From contig NC_042999.1 of NCBI RefSeq assembly GCF_006345805.1, forward strand, positions 8,184,001-8,248,000: 64,000 bases of DNA, in the 5' to 3' direction. A model generated the notes under the pieces. That model was not told where the DNA came from. It saw only the letters and a program-made list of their open reading frames with translations, and searched no databases. Shown piece by piece: positions 26,494-39,010 of the stretch. Position numbers and translations under genes: made by a program. Numbering within the stretch: the first letter of the stretch is position 1; each line of letters starts with the position of its first letter. Origin of the DNA: Octopus sinensis. Its lineage: Eukaryota.

Positions 26494-27394
26494 TATATAT
26501 ACACATACGCAAGGAATTTATTGATGATTCTTGATGTGATATAATCCTATTCTACCAATAAATGGGAGTTCTAAACTTTTAGCTGAATAAAATCACAAAT
26601 TCAAAAGAAGATGTTTGTTGTTTTAACCAACCTAATAATTTAACTGTTCTTATTTTATCGACCCTAGAATGAGGACAAGCATAATTGATCTCTGTGAGAT
26701 TTGAACTCAAACTATGGGGTTAGTCCATGTTACTCTGTAAGGAACTTAGGGCCGGCTTCCTGGTTTTTCTGGTCTATATTTTCCTCCCTGGATGGGACAC
26801 TAGTCTCTCACGTGATTACTCATTATTACCTGCTGTGTGAAGTGGAACAACATGAAATGAATTGCTTTGTCCAAGAACACAGATGATAGCCAGATATAAC
26901 TAAATACCTGAATAACTCAATTTATTTACTCCAAAAACCTGTTCCTTCCCATTCTGTTTATTGTTTTTCACTTTGTTAAATTGTTGATAAGAATACTGTC
27001 TAACAGACTGGTAGAATCTCAGAACACATCATCATCATCATCAACATCGTTTAACATCCGCTTTCTATGCTGGCATGGGTTGGACGGTTTGACTGAGGAG
27101 TGGCAAGCCAGGAAGCTGCATGAGACTCCAATCTGATCTTGCAAGATTTCTACAGCTGGATGCCCTTCCTAATGCCTACCACTCTGGAAATGTAATGGGT
27201 GCTTTTTACATGCTACCAGCACAGTGTGCCACTGGCATGGATGATGATGATGTTAATGATGATATTAATAAAAATATTGCTTAAGAGACTGGTAAAATCT
27301 CTGAACTTATCAATTTAAATTCTTGGTAAAATATGGAAGATTTTGGGTTTAATGCTAATGTGCTTTTATATGTTTTCTTTTCTATTTTTATCAG

Positions 27395-27538
27395 ATGAGA
27401 ATGGAACTTTGGTGATTCACAATGCCAACTACTTGACAGACACTGGAGCCTACAAATGTACAGCTCAAAATCAAGCTGGAAAAGCCCAAGGCGTGTCAAC
27501 AGTTTTCATTCAAAATCCGAATAGCTCTCAGTCCCTTG
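27395..27538 (+). CDS. FSTL5: FSTL4/5-like exon D: C-terminal half of Ig domain 2
   Basis: Acceptor tctatttttatcag|, donor G|gtaagt, phase 1 to 1. (H)ENGTLVIHNANYLTDTGAYKCTAQNQAGKAQGVSTVFIQNPNSSQSL; DTGAYKC.A.N.AG motif. Confidence 0.94.
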
Positions 27539-30462
27539 GTAAGTTAAAAATATTTTTTTATTTGAGAAATAATCTTATTAAGAACTAAAATCCAAAGCTC
27601 TAATATATAGGCGCAGGAGTGGCTGTGTGGTAAGTAGCTTGTTTACCAACCACATAGTACCGGGTTCAGTCCCACTGCGTGGCAACTTGGGCAAATGTCT
27701 TCTACTATAGCCACGGGCCGACCAAAGCGTTGTGAGTGGATTTGGTAGACAGAAACTAAAAGAAGCCCGTCGTATATATGTACATATATATATGCGTGCG
27801 TGTGTTTGCGTGTCTGTGTTTGTCCCCCTAGCATTGCTTGACAACTGATGCTGGTGTGTTTATGTCCCCGTTACTTAGCGGTTCGGCAAAAGAGACCGAT
27901 AGAATAAATACTGGGCTTACAAAAGAATAAGACCTGGGGTCGATTTGCTCGATTAAAAGGCGGTGCTCCAGCATGGCCGCAGTCAAAAGTCTGAAACAAG
28001 TAAAAGAGTAAAAGAGTAAAAGAGAGAGTATATTTCTTCAGAAATGTCTATAAAACTTAAAATCTATATTTTTCCTAAATCATCAACCAGACCATCAGAT
28101 GCTGTTATACATTGATGGTTACAATGCACTTCCAATATTCACTTGATTGTTCCATTCTTTTTTATCTTGACCCCAATTGCTTAAATAAATCGCTTTCTCA
28201 TCATCATGGAGGCCTCCCAATCTGTCCCAATCTCTTGTGTACCTCTCAGCAATTACAAAAGCCCAGCAGAACTTGTGCTTTTGGTAATCTGAGGTCTCAT
28301 CATTCCCACGGTTAAAATATTTATTATATTTAGTATGAAGAAGTTACTTAAAAAATGAATTTACAGGGATGAAAAGATGCTATTTGATCAATAGTTAGCA
28401 TTATTCTAATCATCTGAGGAAATGTAGGAGACAATAGTGGACATATTTCAATTTTATTAAATCTCATCAGCAAAACATAGGCTTCACTATAGTAATGAAA
28501 GACTCACTAAATAATTAATTTCAGAGATAGTTTATCAAGGTGCTCATTAAGTACTTATAAATGCTGGGTGATTATTTAAATATTTGTTTAGTAATCAAGG
28601 AAGTGGTGGATATATTGCTTTCAAGTTTTGGCACAAGACCAGCAATTTCAGAGGTGAGGTAAGTCAATTACTTCAACCCCAGTACGCAACTGGTACTTAT
28701 TTTATCGACTCTGAAAGGATGAAAGGTAAAGCTGACCTCAGTGGAATTTGAACTCAGCACCTCGCCCAACGTGCTAATGATTCAGCCAGCTTACTGCCTT
28801 AAGAGATAGAAGCAACATTCAAGCATGGTCGTTGCCAGTGCTGCTGGACTGGCTCCTGTGCAGGTGGCACATAAAAAGCACCATTTGAGTGTGGTTGTTG
28901 CCAGTGCCACCAGACTGGCCCCTGTGCAGGTGGCACATAAAAAGCACCATATGAGTGTGGTCATTGCCAGTCCCGCCTGACTGGCCCTCGTGCTGGTGGC
29001 ATGTAAAAGCACCCACTACACTCTCAGAGTGGTTGGCATTAGGAAGGGCATCCAGCTGTAGAATCTTTGCCAGATCAGATTGGAGCCTGGTGCAGTCTTC
29101 TGACTTGCCAGTCCTCACTCAAACTGTCCAACCCATGCCAGCATGGAAAGCGGACGTTAAACGACGACGACGACGATGATGATGATGATGATATATGACC
29201 TGAAGTTATGGATTTTCTGGGATTGTATTTCACAGAATACAGACGAATCAGAATCATTGTATGACACTCTAAAAGACATCAAGATTACGAGTAAGTTTGG
29301 TTTATAATCTTCACAGGTATCTGAAAAGAAGAAGAAGAAACCATATCCAAGACACTTGAATCGAAATCACTGAGCAGCAGATACCGTCTTAGCCTACAAT
29401 TTCAAAGAACTGAAGTTCATGTCTCGTATTTTGTTATGTAATAGGATAATATTCTTAATTCTGCCATCTCAGTTTACCTAGCGCCAGATCATCTAAGAAT
29501 CTTACCTGAAATAGATTGGTGGTTCATCTAGAAAGAGATTTGTAAACAATATTTAGTAAACAGCATGAGATTAATCTTAAGCTTTAGCTGTTAGAACACT
29601 TTGAAGCTTACGAGACGTTTGTATTTATGTATTATCTTCTTGAGAGACAAACCCTTTTAATATCCAGCACTTTCCGTTTCTTAGCTCTATTCACTGCATT
29701 GCAAACTTATTCTGACTTTTAAGAAAATCACGATGCCCCCCTCTGTTTATCTGAACTTGCCAGTTTAACAACAATCTTGTCTCTCTCATCTTCATGTTTA
29801 TAATATTCCCATTTTACAAACTGTGTAACACAAGTGAGGTCAGGAGAAGAGTAGGAGGAAATAATTTTCTTGAAATATGGTTGTGAGGTATGTGCCTGGA
29901 ATACTCTTATCAGACATGATGGCTATATTGTGCTTGATACATTTGTATCCCAGCTTTGATGGTGTGTGCTGCACTCTCTCTCAATGATGATGATGATGAT
30001 GATGATGACGACGACGATGGCGGCAGCTGCAGCAATAATAAATGTCCTGATGCAGTGGCTGTCATGGTTTTTGATCTTAACTGATTGGAAGTGTTATCCT
30101 GTACATTGTTTTGTCTTGGTATAAAAGATGGGATACAGCAAATATTCCACTCAATACCACAGATTTGCTTGTCAGTTGTTTGACCTTAACCAGTTGAACA
30201 TGTCCCTTGGTGGCTGACGATATGTGCATCTCTGATCATGAGCAGAAGTAGTGAGGGACCATCATAGCCATGTGTCGAGAGGAATTCTTGGAGGTTTGGA
30301 TAATTTACATTTGGAAACATGGTTGTTTCGTTCAACATCCTTAAACAACCCTTATTCAGGGACCTTTTGAGCAGGATGGGTTACTCAACCAGAAAAAAAA
30401 TTTTAACTGGGTCCCACCTGCAAGGTCATGTGCTGTTTATCTTGATATGAGAACACCATATT

Positions 30463-30590
30463 ACATTATTTACATTTGAAGGATATTTGTCCTCATGTTG
30501 TTTGTTGTTAACACAATGTTTCGGCTGATATACCCTCCAGGTAATGGGGAAATTGCAAACCTGGGTTCTTATTCCTAGGGTATTTTTCAA

Positions 30591-30630
<40 letters not shown>

Positions 30631-30761
30631 ACCTTAGGAATGAGAACCCATGTTCGAAATTTCCCCAATACACCAGATGAAGGCTGGAGGGTATATCAGC
30701 CGAAACGTTGTGTTAACAACAAACAAGATGAGGACAAATATTCATCAAATGTAAATAATGT
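30463..30761. repeat. Inverted pair of the Penelope-like repeat around (ATT)n
   Basis: Arms about 30463-30584 and 30628-30761; same family as 7630-7800. Confidence 0.85.
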
Positions 30762-32657
30762 ACATAATTCCTCATCTCTTAAATATAGAATCTAGTAATG
30801 GAAGTCAAAAGAATCCATAGAACCTCAAACGTTAGTGTGGTACCTATTGTGATCGGTACAATCGGGACCATTTCAAAATGAGCAATTTTCTGGCATCAAA
30901 AACAGCCAATGCTAAACTTTTTGCAGAGTCTTCAGATGACAGCAAGTATTGGCACCATCTGAATACTGGTCATTCCAGGTGCCTCTTCCATGGCACTGGG
31001 TGCCTTGTACATGGCACCATCACAGTTGCTTTATATGTGATACCAACACAAGTGTTTTTAAAGGATACCTTATTTTAACATGTATAAGGGACCCCTTAGT
31101 TCCGGGGGCTTAAAATTTGGAAAAAATGTTTTGTAAGGGATTATAATACTATTCACGTGTAAGAAACTCCCATATCTTTTAACCTAATTTTTGATTAAAA
31201 GAAAAGGGTTCCTTATATACACTAAAATATGGTATATTTGGGGTATTTGGGGTATGTGTGTGTATATGTTTGTGTGTCTGTGTTTGTTCCCGCAACATCG
31301 CTTGACAAATGATGGTGGTGTGTTTACGTCCCCGTAACTTAGCAGTTCGGCAAAAGAGACTGATAGAATAAGTACTAGGCTTACAAAGAATAAGTCCCGG
31401 GGTCGATTTGCTCGACTAAAGGTGTTGCTCCAGCATGGCTGCAGTCAGATGACTGAAAGAAGTAAAAGAGTATTACATTTGTAAACTTCTCTTTAGAGGA
31501 CTTAAATCTCTTTTATCTGTTGCATGTTTTTACCACATTAATATCACATGAACAGCTGACATCCATGGTGTAGGTTTTGCTTTATGTAAACATCCCTCCA
31601 AGACTGATCAGGTTTGTTTTGGTTGATCTCTTGGCTTTTAGGTTCCACCGATTTTGGTTTTCTTTTGAACTGTTGGTCTTCATCATTTTTATTATTATTA
31701 TTTTCATTGCAAATTTTATTCTAGATTGCTAAGTTTGCAACTTTGTGCATGTGTGTGCGTGTGTGTGTGTGAATGAGTGTGTGTGTGTGTGAGTGTGTTT
31801 GTGTGTGAGAGTGTGAGTGTGAGTGTGTGTGTGTGAGGGCGTGTGTGTGTGTGTGTGTGTGTGAGTGTGTGTGAGTATGTGAGTGTGTGTGTGTGTGATT
31901 GTGTGTGTGAGAGTGCGTATGTGTGTGTGTGTGTGTAAACATAAAATAAATTAGAAACCTAACACTGTAAATACATAGAGAATATTTATATCTTTACTTC
32001 TTAGAACTAATATTTTCACATTATGTGTGTGTGTGTGTGCATCTGTGTGCATGTGTGCATGTGTGTAATACGTATTCATCTATAAGTGTGTGTATGTGTG
32101 CATTCATAAATATATATGTGTACGAATGTGGAAAATCAGATGTTCAATGGTTGTGTTTACTCACACAAACGTCGGAGCATTACTCGCGGTTGTTGTAAAT
32201 AGTTGAAAGAGGAGATATTTTCTCTGCATTTACATTATCAGATTAACCAATTTATTACGATCGTCTCAAAACATGTTATCTTTGATAATCAAATAATAAT
32301 CAAATATAATAATTATTTTTACAGAGTTTAGCTAAAATACTTTCAAAGATTCCGCAATTTATTTCGTTTCTTTATTTTCTTGTTTTTCGCTTCAAACTAT
32401 GACGTCATTCGAGCAATATGCTTCGCTCTGTGTTTCTACGAGTTTATTGATAGCGTTTTAATAAATGCTAAATTAATCAAGAGAATAATTCACTGTAGGA
32501 ATACAAATTAACGAATTAAATGATATTATAAACTGGGAGTAAAAGCAATCAACCCCCCACCCACCTCCACCCTGCTAATGGAATAAACGTCTATTCTCTC
32601 ACTTCATCTCTTTAATTCGATCAATTTATATATAATACATGTGTGTGTGTGAGTATG

Positions 32658-32706
<49 letters not shown>

Positions 32707-32842
32707 GTATATATAATATTATGTATGTGTGTGTGTATGTATGTATGTATATATAAATATATATATATATACACACATACATAGATACATATATATACAT
32801 ACATACATATAATATATACATACATACATACATACATATATA

Positions 32843-32882
<40 letters not shown>

Positions 32883-32992
32883 CATCATCATCATCATTGT
32901 TTAATATCTGCTTTCCATGCTAGCATGGATTGGACGATTTGACTGAGGAATGGCAAACCAGATGGCTGCACCAGGCTCCAATCTATACGTGC

Positions 32993-33019
<27 letters not shown>

Positions 33020-33031
<12 letters not shown>

Positions 33032-33840
33032 CAGGACAGCAAACATTAAGGCAAGGCAAACATCTCAAGTCGTGTACAATATTATTACAAGAAGAAATTC
33101 AAAGTCTTACAGCTGTTTCTGGGATATCCTGTAGTATGGGATATTCCGTCATCAGAGTCAAATAGGAAAATGAGAAAGGTATATATTAATGAGAAGACGA
33201 TATAGAAGAAGGGAGTAAAAGAATGAGGAGATGGAAAGAGAGAAGAAGAAAGAAGCATAAAAGTTCATAGTTCAAATTTCCGATGTTGTAGAAAGAAGGG
33301 CATAAGGCCTTAGGTGCAATCCTACATAGATTCATGCTGGTTAATATCCTGGATTTTAACCTACATGGATCTATGCAGGATTGCACCTAAGGACTTATGC
33401 TAGCTTAGATCAGGATGCTTATGCCACACATACACACAATTTTGCTTGTACATGCACTCATACATACATATACACATATCCATATGTATGTATATACATA
33501 TACATACATTTGTGCCATTGTCACAAAACCCTATGCCCATATATATATATATATATATATACTCTTACACTTTTATACTTTTACTTGTTTCAGTCATTTG
33601 ATTGCAGCCATGCTGGAGCACTGCCTTTAGTCGAGCAAATCAACCCCGGGACTTATTCTATAATTCTATAATTAAACAGGACAGCAAACATTAAGGCAAG
33701 GCAAACATCTCAAGTCGTGTACAATATTATTACAAGAAGAAATTCAAAGTCTTACAGCTGTTTCTGGGATATCCTGTAGTATGGGATATTCCATCATCAG
33801 AGTCAAATAGGGAAAATGAGAAAGGTATATATTAATGAGA
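33020..33840 (-). repeat. Two ~175-bp direct repeats 645 nt apart, each with a hammerhead motif
   Basis: 33020-33195 and 33665-33840 differ at about 2 positions; the second copy interrupts a family A SINE. Confidence 0.9.
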
Positions 33841-33919
33841 TAGCCCAGTACTTATTCTATCGTCTCTTTTGCCGAACCGCTAAGTTACGAGGACGTAAAC
33901 ACACCAGCATCAGTTGTCA

Positions 33920-33948
33920 AACACACACACACACAAACACACACACAT

Positions 33949-33995
<47 letters not shown>

Positions 33996-34272
33996 TACGA
34001 CAGGCTTCTTTCAGTTTCCGTCTACCAAATCCACTCACAAGGCATTGGTCGGCCCGGGGCTATAGCAGGAGACAATTGCCCAAGATGCCACGCAGTGGGA
34101 CTGAACCCGGAACCGTGTGGTTGGTTAGCAAGCTACTTACCACACATACACTTGGGCCCCTATTTACATATATTTTTATATATACACATACATGTGGACA
34201 CACACAAATCCACTAGTGTACTCATATATACACACAGACACACACACACTCTCATACACATATATCAACACA

Positions 34273-34314
<42 letters not shown>

Positions 34315-34910
34315 CCCATAAATGTACATATACACAAACACACATACATGCATACATACCCCCCGCCAGATACACACAGATATTGTATATCTACACTTGC
34401 ACATGCATACTTGCACACACAAATATGCTCCGTCCCAGACTGCAAAACTGAGAACAGTCCCACCCATAAAAGAAAATGGCAGGGTGGCAGGGTGGATCGA
34501 AACGACTGTTGCACAACAGAAAGATTAACATCAAATCCATGTTCTCATTACTTAAGAAATTATTATATATATCATCATTAACATCATCATCATCATCGTT
34601 GTCGTCGTTTAACATCCGCTTTCCATGCCAGCATGGGTTGGACAGTTTGAATGAGGACTGGCAAGCTAGGAGGCTGCACCAGGCTCCTGTCTGATCTGAC
34701 ATGGTTTCTACAGCTGGATGCCCTTCCTAACGCCAACCACTCTGAGAGAGTAGTGGGTGCTTTTTACATCCTTCTGGTATGGGGGCACAGGCATCAACCA
34801 TGCTCAAACGGTGCTTTTTACATGCCACCAGCACAGGGGCCAGTCAAGCAGCACACACACACACACAACACACACACACACAAACACACACACATACACA
34901 CACACACATA

Positions 34911-34957
<47 letters not shown>

Positions 34958-35236
34958 TACGACAGGCTTCTTTCAGTTTCCGTCTACCAAATCGACTCAC
35001 AAGGCATTGGTCGGCCCGGGGCTATAGCAGAAGACAATTGCCCAAGATGCCATGCAGTGGGACTGAACCCGGAACCGTGTGGTTGGTTAGCAAGCTACTT
35101 ACCACACATACACTTGGGCCCCTATTTACATATATTTTTATATATACACATACATGTGGACACACACAAATCCACTAGTGTACTCATATATACACACAGA
35201 CACACACACACACTCTCATACACATATATCAACACA

Positions 35237-35276
<40 letters not shown>

Positions 35277-35832
35277 CCCATAAATGTACATATACACAAA
35301 CACACATACATGCATACATACCCCCCGCCAGATACACACAGATATTGTATATCTACACTTGCACATGCATACTTGCACACACAAATATGCTCCGTCCCAG
35401 ACTGCAAAACTGATGCAACACAACATGCTGAGAACAGTCCCACCCATAAAAGAAAATGGCAGGGTGGCAGGGTGGATCGAAACGACTGTTGCACAACAGA
35501 AAGATTAACATCAAATCCATGTTCTCATTACTTAAGAAATTATTATATATATCATCATTAACATCATCATCATCATCGTTGTCGTCGTTTAACATCCGCT
35601 TTCCATGCCAGCATGGGTTGGACAGTTTGAATGAGGACTGGCAAGCTAGGAGGCTGCACCAGGCTCCTGTCTGATCTGACATGGTTTCTACAGCTGGATG
35701 CCCTTCCTAACGCCAACCACTCTGAGAGAGTAGTGGGTGCTTTTTACATCCTTCTGGTATGGGGGCACAGGCATCAACCATGCTCAAACGGTGCTTTTTA
35801 CATGCCACCAGCACAGGGGCCAGTCAAGCAGC
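33920..35832. repeat. ~0.96-0.98 kb tandem duplication
   Basis: 33998 aligns to 34960 and 34476 to 35456; a few substitutions plus an 18-nt indel at 35410-35427. Confidence 0.92.
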
Positions 35833-37049
35833 ACACACACACACACACACACACACATGCACCCACGCACACACGCATGCACACACACACACGCACACAC
35901 ACACACACATGTATGTATGTATTCATAGTATTGTTCTCTCTCACTATGTCGATCTCTCTGTCTGTAGTAGGCATTCATTTGTACAATTACAAGAGGTAAA
36001 ATGTTTGCTACTAGTAAAGGTCACACAAATTCTGTCTACTATGGTTTTTCATGTATTAGATATGGTAGAATAAGACATTTTGATGCAGTTTGGGCTAAAA
36101 TGATATATTTACAGATGGAGGGTAGCATAATTTTTTTACAACAGTTGCAAGAACTATATCAGGACAATTAACGCAGTAGGACAGTAACACCCCCACTATA
36201 GGATAATTCCCCCATTACAACTAACCCCCTAGGAAAATTACTCCCCCTTGGTTAATTAAACCCCCTCCTCTCCAATATATTAGAAGTTTTAAATCATCAT
36301 CTGTTGTCCTCAGAGGTAATTGTCCTGGTGGTTGGGGGTGTTATTGCCCATGGGGGTAAATGTCTCAGACCCAAACGACCATTTTGGGTACTTAGTATCT
36401 AGAGCTGTTAACCAAAAGGGGGCCAATGCTTTATTCCTTCTGTTACGGTTAAACCTCTTAAATCCATATTTTTAAGTTTCTTAAAAAGTCACAGAGTTCA
36501 TTTTAGAAACTGGCAGGTTTTTGAAATTTTAACAATTTCAAAGAATTAATAAACCATCGATTATTATTTCGTTTTTTGAAATTCTTATAATTATTTACAT
36601 AGAAGCTTCATTAAACTTTCATGTGGAAAGCACTATCAACCACAAGAAAACACTTCATATTTGAAACACTCCTTCTTTCAGCTGCTTCGGTGCTTCTTAC
36701 ATTCCATAAGTATTTCAGAAGTATTTTGTGGAAATCGATTGATCTTGTGTGGCAATGATTAATTAGCAGGTGTCTGTCTGTTTGTCTGTATGTATGTCTG
36801 TATGTATGTAAGGCAACGTTGCTGTTCATTCTTCGAAGCTTGTTAGAATAGAATCAGCCACATACCACAGTAGTCACCTGTAACCGTTGATGGAATTAAA
36901 CTACATCATTCAAGGACGACTACAGAAGACATATGAATATGCTCCAGCATGGCCGCAGTCAAATGACTGAAACAAGTAAAAGAATAAAAGAATCTCTGTG
37001 TGTATAAAATTTCATGAGCATTAAACATGTCCACCTCATGGGAGATTTG

Positions 37050-37325
37050 GACATCATCATCATCATCATTGTCATTATCATCATCATCGTTATTGCCATC
37101 ATCATCATCATTAACATCATCGTTATTATCATCATTGTGGTTGTCATCATCACCTTCATCACTGCTATCATCATCATCTTCATCATAAATATCATTATCA
37201 TCATTGTCATCACTGTCATGATGATCATCATCATCACCAACACTGTCGTTATCATTGTCATCATCATTGACGTCATCATCATCATCATCACCATCATCGT
37301 CATCATCATCAGCACCGTCATCATC
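37050..37325. repeat. Degenerate (CAT)n tract
   Basis: Source of the poly-D/M/I ORFs; a larger one lies at 50155-50680. Confidence 0.92.
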
Positions 37326-38977
37326 CAGTATCTTTCCTTTGCTGGCAATTAGACAGTCTCTGATGGGCCCAAGGATTGTCCTCTGCTCCCCTGTTTGCTT
37401 TGGCATGGTCTCAATGGCTCGATGCCCTCCCTAACACCAACCCCTTTCAGCATGTGCTGGGTGCTTCTGTGCCACCAATACCAGTGAGGTTGCCATTGAA
37501 CATGCAAAACTACAAGCTTCAAGATAGTGTGTCTTTATGGCAGAAGATGTGGGTCTAAGGCGGCGAGTTGGCAGAAACGTTAGCACGCCAGGCAAAATGC
37601 TTAGCGTTATTTCGTCTGCCGTTACATTCAGATTTCAAATTCTGCAGCGGTCGACTTTGCCTTTCATCCTTTCGGGGGTCGATAAATTACGCACTGGGGT
37701 CGATATAATCGACTTAATCCATTTGTCTGTCCTTGTTTGTCCACTCTGTGTTTAGCCCCTTGTGGGTAGTAAAGAAATAGAAATAGGTATTTCGTCTGCC
37801 ATTACATTTTGAGTTCATATTCCGCCAAAGTCGACTTTGTCTTTCATCCTTTCGGGGTCGATAAATTAAGTACCAGTTACGCATTGGGGTCGATATAATT
37901 GACTTAATTCATTTGTCTGTCCTTGTTTGTCCCCTATGTGTTTAGCCCCTTGTGGGTAGTAAAGAAATAGAAATAGGTATTTCGTCTGCCATTACATTTT
38001 GAGTTCATATTCCGCCAAAGTCGACTTTGTCTTTCATCCTTTCGGGGTCGATAAATTAAGTACCAGTTACGCACTGGGGTCGACATAATTGACTCAATCC
38101 GTTTGTCTGTCCTTGTTTGATCTCTCCGTGTGTAGCCCCTTGAGGGCAGTGAAGAAATAAGATGTGGGCTTAAATTATGAAAGAAGGGGCCAGAGCAGAT
38201 ATCTTGCCGCAAAGATGCTGCATAGCTATACACATAGAAGAGAGTATGATAGTAGCTAGAGTGGAACCAAGAAGAGATAAAACAAATTTATATTAACTTT
38301 TTTTAATTACATATTGTATTATAATATATATGCATATGTGTGTGTGTGTTTCAAATGAGTGTAATTTAGTTGGATGTCTTATATTGAAATAATGATTGTT
38401 ATATCAGAGACAGACATGTATACTTTCGGTAATTAATAAATTGGCAACAGCAAAAGAGAAAAAGAGAAGTCACAGAGCAGGAGAGAAAGCCTCTGGGGAC
38501 AGGAGCAGCTCAATAAAAAAATAGAACAGGTAATTGATAAAGACTAGAATAATTAATTACTCGATTCGTAATACGGTTATGACTTGGCGATATAAACTGT
38601 GCAAAAACATAACTATATCATCATCATCATCATCCATTGTTTTAAATCTGGGTTTTGTTTCCATTAATGGGGGTGGCTGGATCTACCTCAATGCCATAGT
38701 AACTGAGGCTGGCAGGTGCAGCCCACTGCAACCTTTTGGCTGGCTGGCTGACTGGTGCCCATTCTCCTTTGCTATCGTAAGGCTTTTTTTGGAGCTGGAT
38801 TTTCTAGGGGGAGCATGCCCTTGCTTAACCCCAACCTCAGTTTCTAGACATGAATGGTCCCGAAACCAAGGCCTCTGCCACAGTTTTTTAATAAAAAGTG
38901 GTGGAAAACTAGCTCAGGAAGTCAGGGACACTACACTCTGAGACCCCTTTCAGAGACCCCCTCCCCATAAATATATA

Positions 38978-39010
<33 letters not shown>

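Noticed and set aside
31083-31217. 12-bp imperfect inverted ends (tataagggaccc / gggttccttata), possible tiny MITE
   Set aside because: Too short, with no clear TSD or second copy in the window.
36906-37406. 166-aa Asp-rich ORF
   Set aside because: Minus-strand reading of a degenerate (CAT)n tract flanked by SINE sequence; no splice or domain support.
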